64,000 bases of DNA from Acidimicrobiia bacterium (GTDB taxonomy: Bacteria > Actinomycetota > Acidimicrobiia > Acidimicrobiales > Aldehydirespiratoraceae). Made by a program: the position numbers and the translations under genes. This document shows, one piece after another, positions 29,397-37,873 of this stretch (position 1 is the stretch's first letter; every line of letters starts with the position of its first letter). The notes beneath the pieces were generated by a model that did not search any database, was not told the origin of the DNA, and saw only the letters and a program-made list of their open reading frames with translations. The stretch spans positions 71,923 through 135,922 of the forward strand of contig JAJEEV010000037.1 of assembly GCA_022820805.1 (NCBI GenBank). Direction: 5' to 3'.

Positions 29397-29408
29397 CAGG
29401 CCGCGGGG

Positions 29409-29780
29409 TCAGTCCTCGTCGTCCGGGTCGGCGAGCGGCAGTCGGGTCACTTCCACCGGGTCGTGCTCCGCCACATCGTGGTGCCGGCTGCTGGTGATGA
29501 GCGAGCGGGCCACGGCTCGGGCTGCAAGCTCCTCCAGGTCGTCGCGGCGCGGGTCGGTGAGGTAGGCCTCGACGGCTTCACCGGTGGGGAATGACAGCAC
29601 CAGCACGGTGTCGGGGGCGCGGCGGCCGGTGGCAACTTCGCTGGCCCTGCGCTCGGTCCTGCCCTCATGCTCGCGCGCCAGCTTCAGCAACCGCCGCACG
29701 TACTTCTCGAACTGGCGCTTCGACCCGCTGCGCCAGAGTCGGAGAGTCAGCTCCACTCGCTGGTCGGCGACGGCGTTCAC
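29409..29780 (-). CDS. Small protein, tentatively DUF1330-like (dimeric alpha/beta barrel)
   Basis: High GC3; LVLSFPTGEAVEAYLTDPRR resembles the DUF1330 FPS..a..wy.sp.Y pattern; 36 nt downstream of the FrhB-like gene. Confidence 0.5.
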   Translation of the reverse strand: MNAVADQRVELTLRLWRSGSKRQFEKYVRRLLKLAREHEGRTERRASEVATGRRAPDTVLVLSFPTGEAVEAYLTDPRRDDLEELAARAVARSLITSSRHHDVAEHDPVEVTRLPLADPDDED

Positions 29781-29816
29781 GTACCGATTCTAAGTGCTGG
29801 CCGCTGCGGGGAATGG

Positions 29817-31016
29817 CTAGTGCAGCCGGGCGGCCCGGCGGCTGGCGCCGGCCCGCTCGTGGTCGAAGTGCTCGGGGTCCAGTCGCCGTCCGAGCTCCTC
29901 GATGCGCAGGCCCCGGGTCTCGATGGGGGCGACGCCGGAGTCGGCCAGGCCCTGGTAGCGGGCCGCCAGCGCCTCCTTCTTGCGCACCTGGTGGGGCTGG
30001 AAGTCGTCGAACTCCCCGGTCGTGATCGGCCCGCCGAGCACCAACTCGCCCGCGGTCACCGCCGAGGCCACCAGTTCCTCGCCGGCCGCGGTGCGCACGA
30101 TGATCCCGTTGAACCCCTCGTCCTCGCCGGTGGGGGCGCCGCCGGGCCAGATGTCGGCCGCGGCCACGTCGGCGGCCTCGCCCAGGGCGTCGGGGCAGAA
30201 CTTGCAGCGGGTCTCGACGTCCCAGCCGGCCTCGTCTTCCCACAGCTCCAGATACGTCTTGGAGAACCGGCGCCCGTCGAGGGTCTCCACCGCCGTGGGC
30301 CCGGGGTTGCCGTGCCCCCGGTACCGGAACAGGGCCAGATCGTCCTCGTCGAGGTCGAACTCGTCCAGCACGGCCTGTGACTTCGACAGCCGCGACTGGC
30401 CGCCGCACACCAGGGCTAGGCGGAGCGTGCACAGCTCGTCCACCCGGGGGTCCGACCTCGACAGCGAGTGCACCGCGCCCAGGTCGCAGGGCTTGGCGAT
30501 GATGGCGAAGGGCTGGCCCCGGTCCAGGGCGGCGGCCATGCCCGCCAGCGGCGCCGTCGGCCCGTAGCGCGACCCGGTGCTGGCCCTTACCGACTCCGGC
30601 GTCTCCGAGATCACCCAGCGGCTGCGCATCGGCTGCTGCGGGTCGGCGCCCACGTGGAGCACGAAATCGACCCGGCCGGTGTCCAGGGCGTGCATGCCCA
30701 GCGCGGTGAGCACCCCGCCGGTGGCGGCCTCGTAGCGCACGTCCGGATCGCCGGCCCAGGCTCGGGCCATCGAGCGGAAGGCGCCCCACACCGGGTCGGT
30801 GCTGTTGCCGTCCTCGACCCGGGCCTCGGCCACCGCGCCCGGGCAGGCCTCCACCAGCAGGGCCTCCTCGCGGGCCGTGAAACCGTCGGCCGGCGAGGGT
30901 CGCAACGATCCGGCGGAGGTCATGGCCATCTTGACCCGGCCCCCGCTGAGCGCCTCGCACAGCCCGCAGCCGATACACATGTCGGTGGCGACGATCTGGG
31001 CGATGGTGTGCTTCAC
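29817..31016 (-). CDS. Coenzyme F420 hydrogenase/dehydrogenase beta subunit (FrhB/FdhB)-like protein
   Basis: N-terminal Fe-S motif CIGCGLCE, GGVLTALGMHALDTGRVDFVL, IAKPCDLGA, C-terminal KFCPDALGEAADVAAADIWPG. Confidence 0.75.
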   Translation of the reverse strand: MKHTIAQIVATDMCIGCGLCEALSGGRVKMAMTSAGSLRPSPADGFTAREEALLVEACPGAVAEARVEDGNSTDPVWGAFRSMARAWAGDPDVRYEAATGGVLTALGMHALDTGRVDFVLHVGADPQQPMRSRWVISETPESVRASTGSRYGPTAPLAGMAAALDRGQPFAIIAKPCDLGAVHSLSRSDPRVDELCTLRLALVCGGQSRLSKSQAVLDEFDLDEDDLALFRYRGHGNPGPTAVETLDGRRFSKTYLELWEDEAGWDVETRCKFCPDALGEAADVAAADIWPGGAPTGEDEGFNGIIVRTAAGEELVASAVTAGELVLGGPITTGEFDDFQPHQVRKKEALAARYQGLADSGVAPIETRGLRIEELGRRLDPEHFDHERAGASRRAARLH

Positions 31017-31071
31017 GTTCGGCCGGTTCAGAGGTCGCGGGCCGCGATCTCCGCGATGGTGCGGCCGGCGG

Positions 31072-31860
31072 TCATCCCAGCGTCGACAGGAGGTGCCCGT
31101 AGCCGGGCGCGGCGGCCAGCCCGAGATGCTTGAGCATGGCCCAGTAGAGGGCCCCGTCGGAGGCCACCAGGGGCGTGCCGGTGTGGCCCTCGACCATGTC
31201 CAGCACCCGCACCATCCGCATGCCGGCTCCGGTCTGCACGATGGCGTCGGCCTGCGGGGCCCGGGCGTGGGCGTCGACCGCGGCCGCGAACATCATGTGG
31301 TCGGGGTAGTCCCACAGCGTCTCGTCCTCGAGTCGCAGCATCTCGTCGTGGTCGGCGACGAAGCCCTGGTCGATGATGTTGCCGGCCCACAGCACCCGGA
31401 ACCCGGCCGCCTCCAGGTAGCCGTTGATGCCTGCGGACCAGTCGGGCCGGAAGTATCCGTTGGCGATGGTGATCGTCTCGGCGCCGAGCTCGCGCAGGCC
31501 CTCCACGATGGCCTGGCCGGCCATCACGAACGGCGCGCCCGCCTTGGCCGAGATGTCGGCGCAGATCCGCTCGATGTCGCTGGGGCTGGTGCCGGTGCAG
31601 TGCACCCAGTTGGTGCCCACCTGGCCGATGACCTGGCAGTAGGAGCGGCCCAGGCAGACGGCCGACTCCTCCAGCACCCCGAAGTTGCGGGCCCGCTCGT
31701 CGAGGGTGTACTCGTAGCTGTCGATGTGGTTGACCCGCTGGATGATCCCGGTGCCCGGCGGGGCGACCTTCACGAACTGGCTGGGCGAGTCGTCGAAGAA
31801 CTGCGGCGTGGTCACGAACCCCGCAAAGGCCCGGTACTGGCGGCGCGCCGATGAGTCCAT
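31072..31860 (-). CDS. Asp/Glu/hydantoin racemase superfamily protein (maleate isomerase / arylmalonate decarboxylase-like)
   Basis: AAGGGGAG 7 nt before ATG 31860; family-like pattern with two conserved Cys regions (ESAVCLGRS, NWVHCTGTS). Confidence 0.7.
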   Translation of the reverse strand: MDSSARRQYRAFAGFVTTPQFFDDSPSQFVKVAPPGTGIIQRVNHIDSYEYTLDERARNFGVLEESAVCLGRSYCQVIGQVGTNWVHCTGTSPSDIERICADISAKAGAPFVMAGQAIVEGLRELGAETITIANGYFRPDWSAGINGYLEAAGFRVLWAGNIIDQGFVADHDEMLRLEDETLWDYPDHMMFAAAVDAHARAPQADAIVQTGAGMRMVRVLDMVEGHTGTPLVASDGALYWAMLKHLGLAAAPGYGHLLSTLG

Positions 31861-31941
31861 GGCCAGGCTCCCCTTCACGATCCGGTAGTCGGGCCGCACC
31901 TTATCCGCGGGAGCCGCCGCCCCTGACGAGAGCTAGGCCCG

Positions 31942-32286
31942 TCAGTCTGGCGTGTCGGGGCCTCGCTTGGCGGGCAGCTCTATGAAGATCTGGCCGTCGC
32001 GCACTTCCAGCGAGTAGCGGGGCTGGTAGCGCTCCCGGGCCGCGCAGTAGCCGGTGGTCACCTCGTAGGCCCACTGGTGGCCGGCGCACACGAGCCGGGT
32101 GCCCAGCATCACGCCCTCGGTCAGCTTGCGGCCCCGGTGGATGCACACGTTGGACAGCGCCACCGGCTCACCGTCGTTCCAGAGCAGCAGGATCTCGTGG
32201 CGGTGCAGGCTCACCACCAGCTTCCCCGCCGAGGCCAGGGCCTCCGCGGTGGCCTCGGTCTCGAACCATCCCCTCGGTGGCGCCAT
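31942..32286 (-). CDS. Rieske [2Fe-2S] ferredoxin
   Basis: 114 aa with CIHRG ... CAGHQW (CxH...CxxH). Confidence 0.85.
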   Translation of the reverse strand: MAPPRGWFETEATAEALASAGKLVVSLHRHEILLLWNDGEPVALSNVCIHRGRKLTEGVMLGTRLVCAGHQWAYEVTTGYCAARERYQPRYSLEVRDGQIFIELPAKRGPDTPD

Positions 32287-32315
32287 GGCCCGGTCCGTCC
32301 CCGCCCGTCAGCCGC

Positions 32316-32669
32316 TCAGCCGGTGCCGGCCCAGCCCGCCCGCGACCCGCCGCCGCTGCCCGGCTCGTCGTCGAGGCCGACCTGGTCGGGGTCCCAGCTG
32401 AAGGTCACGTCGCCGCGGGTGTAGGTCTGGCAGGCCAGGCGGTAGCCGGCATCCACCAGGTCGCCCAGCCGGGCCCGTTCTCTCCGTCGGGGCGGGTCGA
32501 GGTTCTCGGCCCCGTCCTCAACCAGCAGCCGGTCGGTGCCGCAGTTGCCGCTGGCGCACTGCCAGGGCACGTCGCAGTGCTCCCGGATGGCCATCCGCAG
32601 CACGTTGACCTCTTCGCCCTCGGCGAACTCGACGTAGCGGTCGACGGTCTTGAAGTAGATGCGCGGCAC
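32316..32669 (-). CDS. Fer2-type [2Fe-2S] ferredoxin-like protein with non-canonical ligand spacing
   Basis: QCASGNCGTD...LACQ: Cys38, Cys43, Asp46 (in place of the third Cys), Cys80, plus Cys32; AGAAGG before GTG. Confidence 0.6.
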   Translation of the reverse strand: MPRIYFKTVDRYVEFAEGEEVNVLRMAIREHCDVPWQCASGNCGTDRLLVEDGAENLDPPRRRERARLGDLVDAGYRLACQTYTRGDVTFSWDPDQVGLDDEPGSGGGSRAGWAGTG

Positions 32670-32705
32670 GCCTTCTGGAGCCCCGCGCCCGTGTTCCTGG
32701 CTTGA

Positions 32706-33455
32706 TCAGCCGACGAGCGCGGGCTGGCGCTCGTCCTCTTCCACCCACGGGCCGAGGTCGGGCTCGACGTACGTCTGGTACAGCGCCCTGGTGTAGGCGA
32801 AGCGCATGTCGGCCGCCTCCCGCACGTAGTGCAGGCACCGCTGCTGCAACTCGGGGGTGTCGGCGTACTTGAGCACGATCTGGTAGCCCCGCTCGCCGTG
32901 GATCTCGTCGGAGGTGATGTGCAGGTCGAAGAACTCGGCCTCCCACTCGGAGAACCCGTACTCGTTGATCAGGGTCGGGTACTGGGTGCGGTAGATGGAC
33001 GGGACCTGCGACTCCAGGCCGACGATCAGCGCGGCCGACGACACCACGAAGTTCTCCCGGCCCGACACGTAGTACATCCAGCCCTGCATGCCCTTGGCGA
33101 ACGGCATGGCGTTGTTGCGGTCCTGCACGTAGGCCCGGGTGCCGCCGCACGCCTCGGCGAAGCGGATCAGCAGGTCGGTGTGGCGGTCGTCGCTCAGCTC
33201 CTCCTCGTACATGTTCTGCAGCAGGAAGTCCTTGGCGTCGCGGGCGTGGTCGGGGGTGTTGGCGTACATGAGGCCGAGGTAGTCGCCGAACGGGCCGATG
33301 TAGTGGTAGTGGTTGGTGGCCCAGTGCACGAAGTGCTGCTTGTGCAGCTTGCCGGCGGCCCAGGCGCGGCTGAAGGAGGCGTCCTTGGCCATCGTGCCGG
33401 CGAAGGCCTGCTCGAGAGCCACTCGAAAATCGCTGTGGGACATCAGTTCAGCCAT
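32706..33455 (-). CDS. Heme-oxygenase-fold PqqC/TenA-like (iron-containing redox enzyme family-like) protein
   Basis: AGGAG 5 nt before ATG 33455; PqqC/TenA-like helical pattern (WAAGKLHKQHFVHWATNHYHY, YEEELSDDRHTDLLIRFAEACG, FFDLHITSDEIHGE). Confidence 0.7.
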   Translation of the reverse strand: MAELMSHSDFRVALEQAFAGTMAKDASFSRAWAAGKLHKQHFVHWATNHYHYIGPFGDYLGLMYANTPDHARDAKDFLLQNMYEEELSDDRHTDLLIRFAEACGGTRAYVQDRNNAMPFAKGMQGWMYYVSGRENFVVSSAALIVGLESQVPSIYRTQYPTLINEYGFSEWEAEFFDLHITSDEIHGERGYQIVLKYADTPELQQRCLHYVREAADMRFAYTRALYQTYVEPDLGPWVEEDERQPALVG

Positions 33456-33549
33456 GGCACTGCTCCTGGTTCGGCTGGTTCGGCTGCTAGGTGGGGGTTG
33501 CTGGAACGGAAGGGGCGCCGGGGAGAGGTCGGAATCCCCGGCGCCCGCC

Positions 33550-33561
33550 ATTGTATACAAT
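33550..33561. promoter_or_regulatory. Perfect 12-bp palindrome ATTGTATACAAT in divergent promoter region (candidate operator)
   Basis: 95 nt upstream of 33455 (minus operon) and 55 nt upstream of 33616 (plus operon); AT-rich palindrome in about 70% GC DNA. Confidence 0.4.
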
Positions 33562-33615
33562 ACTGAGCGTTCGGATCGGGCTCAAATCGGGCGGGCTCGG
33601 GAGACGGAGACGGCC

Positions 33616-34578
33616 GTGCACGAGACCCAGGTTGCCTTCTTCAGCGAGGGTGTCAAGCTGAGCGGGCTGCTCCGCTCCCCGGACCGGGTCGCCGGCCCGG
33701 CGCCGGCCATTGTGCAGGGACCGGGATGGCTCGGGCTCAAGGACGCCAAGCTCTACCTGCCGTACCACGAGGCCCTCACCGCGGCCGGCTTCCACGTGCT
33801 GATCTTCGACTACCGGGGCTTCGGCGACTCCGGGGGCGACCGGGGGATCCTGCTTCCCCAGTACCAGCTCGAGGACCTGGTCAACGCGGTCACCTACCTG
33901 TGCACCCGCGACGACGTCGACTCCGACAACATCGGGGCCTTCGGCAGCGGCGGCACCGGCGGCGGCAACGCGGTGCTGCTGGCCGCGGCCGACCGCCGGG
34001 TGCGGGCCGCGGTGTCGCAGGTGCCGGTGGCCGACGGCAGGGACTGGCTGCGGCGGATGCGCCGCGAGTACGAGTGGTACGAGTTCCTGGACCGCCTCGA
34101 GGCCGACCGCAACCGGCGGGTGCTCACCGGCACCGGCGAGATGGTCCATCCCCGCGAGGACATCATGGTCCCCACCCCCGAGCGCAGGGCCTCGAAGGTG
34201 AAGGCCGACGTCGACGACCGGATCCCGTCGTCGGTGCCGCTGCGCTGCGCCGAGGCGATCATGGACTACCGGCCCATCGACGTGGTCCACCAGGTGGCCC
34301 CGGCCGCGCTGATGATCATCGCGGTGGCCGACGACGCCACCACCCCCACCGACCACGCCGAGCGCCTCTACGAGCGGGCCAACGCCCCCAAGAAGCTGGT
34401 CATGCAGCGCCACACCACCCACTATGCGGCCTACAAGCAGTACGGCGACGCGGTGATCCCCCAGATGGTCGACTGGTACCGCACCCACTTCTGTGGCGGC
34501 GCGGTCGAGGTGCACGCCAGCACACCCGCCGAGCCGGCCGAGCTGCTGGTCAAGGACCCCGACGGCGCCTCCGGCTAG
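33616..34578 (+). CDS. Alpha/beta hydrolase
   Basis: GTG start after GGGAGACGGAGACGG; HVLIFDYRGFGDSGG, nucleophile region GAFGSGGTGG. Confidence 0.8.
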   Translation: MHETQVAFFSEGVKLSGLLRSPDRVAGPAPAIVQGPGWLGLKDAKLYLPYHEALTAAGFHVLIFDYRGFGDSGGDRGILLPQYQLEDLVNAVTYLCTRDDVDSDNIGAFGSGGTGGGNAVLLAAADRRVRAAVSQVPVADGRDWLRRMRREYEWYEFLDRLEADRNRRVLTGTGEMVHPREDIMVPTPERRASKVKADVDDRIPSSVPLRCAEAIMDYRPIDVVHQVAPAALMIIAVADDATTPTDHAERLYERANAPKKLVMQRHTTHYAAYKQYGDAVIPQMVDWYRTHFCGGAVEVHASTPAEPAELLVKDPDGASG

Positions 34579-34597
34579 CTGAACGGAGGCTTTGCCT

Positions 34598-35992
34598 GTG
34601 ACTTCTTCCTTGCCCACTGTCGACCGGGTCGTGGCCGGCGGCACTGTCGTGTCGGGGACGGGCACCCAGGTAGCCGACGTGCTGATCGCCGGCGAGCAGA
34701 TCGCGGCCATCGCCGCCCCCGGGGTGGTCCCGCTTCCCGATTCGGTCGAGCGCATCGACGCTGCCGGCAAGTGGGTTTTGCCCGGCATGGTCGACGTGCA
34801 CGTGCATCTGCGTGAGCCCGGCTACGTCCACAAGGAGGACATCTCCACCTGCACCGCCGCGGCCGCGGCCGGGGGAGTGACCACCGTGTTCGGGATGCCC
34901 AACCTGAACCCGGTCACCAAGAACCTGCAGGTGCTCGAGGAGCTGTTCGACCTCTACGACTCCAAGAGCATCGTGGACTGGAACCACAACCCGGTGCCCA
35001 GCGTGCTGCACGAGGTGGAGCCCATGGCCGGCGCCGGGGTGGCCGCCTTCAAGATCTACATGGTGGTCGACACCGGCCGCGACTACCCCCATCCCAGCGG
35101 CACCGGCATCCACGACCACGGCCACCTGCTGCGCATGTTCGAGGCCATCGGCCCCACCGGGCTGCCGTTCATGATCCACCCCCACGACCAGGCCATCATG
35201 GACGTCACCGAGCAGACCCACTGGGACCGGGGCGACCGCAGCCCGGCCGCCTACGCCCAGACCCTGGCCACCCACAACGGGCTGATCTGGGACGCCGCCA
35301 TCGCGGTGATCCTCCAGATGGCCGAGGCCACCGGCACCAAGCTCCACATCGTGCACATGCAGACCGAGGGCTCGGTCGAGCTGGTGCGCCGGGCCAAGGA
35401 GCGGGGCGTGCCGGTGAGCTGCGAGGTCAACCACTGGGCGCTGTTCCTGTCGCGCTGGCAGGACATCGAGAAGCTCGGCCCCTACGCCCTGTCGTACTGG
35501 GTGCCCGACCACCACCGCGAGGCTGTGTGGGGCGCCCTCAACGACGGCACTATCGACATGCTGTCGTCGGACCATGCCCCCCATACCCGGGCCGAGAAGG
35601 AGGTCGGGTGGGAGGACTGCTGGGCCTGCCACACCGGCACTCCCGGCATCCAGGAGCAGTACCCGATGCTGCTGGACTGCCACATGGACGGGATGATCTC
35701 GCTGCCGAGGGTGGCCGAGGTGGTGGCCGAGGAGCCGGCCACCGAGTTCAGGCTGCCGTCCAAGGGCTTCCTGCGGCCCGGCTACGACGCCGACATCGTG
35801 ATCTTCGACCCGAACGACCAGACCCGCCACTCGGCCGACACCGTGCTGTCGAAGTGCGGCTGGACTCCTTATGACGGCCGGGTCACCAAGGGCCGGATCC
35901 ATCGCACGATCGTGCGGGGCCGCGACGTGTACGTCGACCGCAAGGTGGTCGGCGAGCCCGGCTGGGGCCGCCTGGCCCGCCCCTCACTGTGA
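34598..35992 (+). CDS. Cyclic amidohydrolase (dihydroorotase/allantoinase/hydantoinase-like)
   Basis: GGAGG 8 nt before GTG 34598; PGMVDVHVHLREPG, GGVTTVFGMPN, SSDHAPH. Confidence 0.85.
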   Translation: MTSSLPTVDRVVAGGTVVSGTGTQVADVLIAGEQIAAIAAPGVVPLPDSVERIDAAGKWVLPGMVDVHVHLREPGYVHKEDISTCTAAAAAGGVTTVFGMPNLNPVTKNLQVLEELFDLYDSKSIVDWNHNPVPSVLHEVEPMAGAGVAAFKIYMVVDTGRDYPHPSGTGIHDHGHLLRMFEAIGPTGLPFMIHPHDQAIMDVTEQTHWDRGDRSPAAYAQTLATHNGLIWDAAIAVILQMAEATGTKLHIVHMQTEGSVELVRRAKERGVPVSCEVNHWALFLSRWQDIEKLGPYALSYWVPDHHREAVWGALNDGTIDMLSSDHAPHTRAEKEVGWEDCWACHTGTPGIQEQYPMLLDCHMDGMISLPRVAEVVAEEPATEFRLPSKGFLRPGYDADIVIFDPNDQTRHSADTVLSKCGWTPYDGRVTKGRIHRTIVRGRDVYVDRKVVGEPGWGRLARPSL

Positions 35993-36048
35993 CCCGGGCC
36001 GTGACCCGCGCTGTGACCCGGGCCGTGACCCGGGCTAGACCGTGACTC
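35989..36048. repeat. 12-bp tandem repeat GTGACCCGGGCC x4-5 that reiterates the stop codon
   Basis: Units at 35989, 36001, 36013, 36025 (+ degenerate 36037); the first contains the TGA of 34598-35992 and each later unit has an in-frame TGA. Confidence 0.8.
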
Positions 36049-36070
36049 TGCTCAGGAGGACACCACTGCC

Positions 36071-37066
36071 ATGACTGACACTTCTGCCATGAAGTTCGGC
36101 CTGCTGATGCCCCATTTCGGCGGCCATGCCAGCCGCCGGGCCGTGCTCGACGGGGCCGTGCTGGCCGAGAGCTTCGGCTTCGACTCGCTGTGGGTGCGCG
36201 ACCACCTGGTGTTCGAGCCCCACTCCGAGATGGAGGCGGCCAACATCACCTTCTACGAGGCTCTCACCACCCTCACCGCCATCGGGGCGGTCACCGAGAG
36301 CATCACCCTGGGCACCGGTTCGCTGATCCCGTTCCGGCACCCGGTCCACACCGCCATCAGCATCGGCACCCTGTGCAACCTGGTCGGCGACCGGGTGGTG
36401 CTCGGCTTCGGGGCCGGCACCTTCGACCACGAGTTCGACGTGATCGACATGGCGGGCATCGACCGGGTGGGGCTGGTGCGGTCCAACGCCGAGATCCTGC
36501 GCCGCCTGCTGGCTGAGGACGGCGTCACCTACCACGACGACGTGTACTCCTTCGAGAACATCTCCATCGAGCCCAAGCCGGGGGCGCCGGTGCCGTTCTG
36601 GTACTGCGGGGCCACCCCCCGCTCGGCCCGCCTGGCCGCCGAGTACTGCGACGGCTGGATGCCGGGGCGCACCACCCTGCTCACCATCGCCGAGCGGGTG
36701 GCCACCATGCAGCGGATGACGGCGGACAACGGCCGGCCCATGCCGACGGTGGCGGTGATCCCGCCCACGTCGATCGCGGCCACCCATGACCTCGCTCTGG
36801 AGGGCGTGAACCTGGAGGGCCTGCTGGCGTGGGCCAACCTGCGGGGCAAGTGGTGGGCCAAGCCCCCGTCGGGCAGTTTCGCCACCGCCACCGACATCGA
36901 GGGCTCGCTCATCGCGGGCACCCCCGACGAGGTTGTCGAGCAGGTGGGGCGCTTCGCCGATGTGGGCGTGGAGCACCTGGTGTTCGACCTGCGCATGAAC
37001 TTCGACCGCTGGTTCGCCTCCGTCGAGCTGCTCGGCCGGGAGGTCCTCCCCGCCCTGCGAGCCTGA
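36071..37066 (+). CDS. Luciferase-like (LLM class) F420-dependent oxidoreductase
   Basis: AGGAGGA 10 nt before ATG; ESFGFDSLWVRDHL, LVGDRVVLGFGAG. Confidence 0.85.
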   Translation: MTDTSAMKFGLLMPHFGGHASRRAVLDGAVLAESFGFDSLWVRDHLVFEPHSEMEAANITFYEALTTLTAIGAVTESITLGTGSLIPFRHPVHTAISIGTLCNLVGDRVVLGFGAGTFDHEFDVIDMAGIDRVGLVRSNAEILRRLLAEDGVTYHDDVYSFENISIEPKPGAPVPFWYCGATPRSARLAAEYCDGWMPGRTTLLTIAERVATMQRMTADNGRPMPTVAVIPPTSIAATHDLALEGVNLEGLLAWANLRGKWWAKPPSGSFATATDIEGSLIAGTPDEVVEQVGRFADVGVEHLVFDLRMNFDRWFASVELLGREVLPALRA

Positions 37067-37130
37067 CCCGGCTGGCTGCCGGCACGTGTGCAGCTTGCAT
37101 TGAAACTCAGCGGCGAGCCTTGTCTTAGGG

Positions 37131-37159
37131 TTGCACTACAATAAATCTGAAGCTATTTT
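37131..37159 (+). promoter_or_regulatory. Candidate sigma-70-type promoter TTGCAC-17-TATTTT in an AT-rich island
   Basis: Hexamers at 37131-37136 and 37154-37159, about 100 nt upstream of ATG 37264. Confidence 0.35.
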
Positions 37160-37263
37160 AGCTGAGGAGCTTCGCCACCGGGCCATACAGCGGTGCGCCA
37201 CCGTCCTTCGTTAGCGTACGACATGCATCGCATCCGTACCGCTTGGCCCCGGGGAGAAGCCCC

Positions 37264-37830
37264 ATGACAGCAACCGCCCCCGCCCACCGGGTAGCGCCGC
37301 AAGTGACCCAAACCCCCGATCCGGACACACCCCCGCAATCGCAGGCCGCGGGCTCGGCCGTGGAGGCCGGGACCGCCAGGCCCAGGCTGCGAGACCAGAT
37401 CGCAGAGAACCCCCTGCTGAGCCTCGTCGGTGCATTGCTGACGCTCGGCGGCACTGCGATAGTCGCGCTGCTTCTCTTCACACTGACCAGCATCAACACC
37501 CGCATCGACGGTGTTGAGGTGAGCCTCGGTGACCGCATTGATCGTCTGGACGCGAGGCTCAGTGACCGTATCGATGGTGTTGTGGTGAGCCTCGGTGACC
37601 GCATTGACGGTGTTGAGGTGAGCCTCGGTGAACGTATCGATCGCGTCGAGATGAGGCTCAGCGCACGCATGGACCGCCTTGAGGACAAGATGGACGCCGG
37701 CTTCGCGGCCCAGGGCGCCGCGATCGCCGAGAACGACCGGAAGTTGACCGCGCTGGTCGCCATGCTGAACGTGACTGCTGAAGTCGACGCCGCGCTCGAA
37801 GGCAGGCTGCTGATCCCCGGCGGGAGCTGA
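37264..37830 (+). CDS. Membrane-anchored coiled-coil repeat protein (Pro-rich N-terminus, one TM helix, RIDxL repeats)
   Basis: GGGGAGAAG before ATG; TM LLSLVGALLTLGGTAIVALLLF; repeats SLGDRIDRLDARLSDRIDGVVVSLGDRIDGVEVSLGERIDRVE; RMDRLEDKMD resembles 56555-57067. Confidence 0.65.
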   Translation: MTATAPAHRVAPQVTQTPDPDTPPQSQAAGSAVEAGTARPRLRDQIAENPLLSLVGALLTLGGTAIVALLLFTLTSINTRIDGVEVSLGDRIDRLDARLSDRIDGVVVSLGDRIDGVEVSLGERIDRVEMRLSARMDRLEDKMDAGFAAQGAAIAENDRKLTALVAMLNVTAEVDAALEGRLLIPGGS

Positions 37831-37873
37831 TCGAGCCTGCTCCCGGTTGTGTGCCAATGCGTACAATCGTGAG

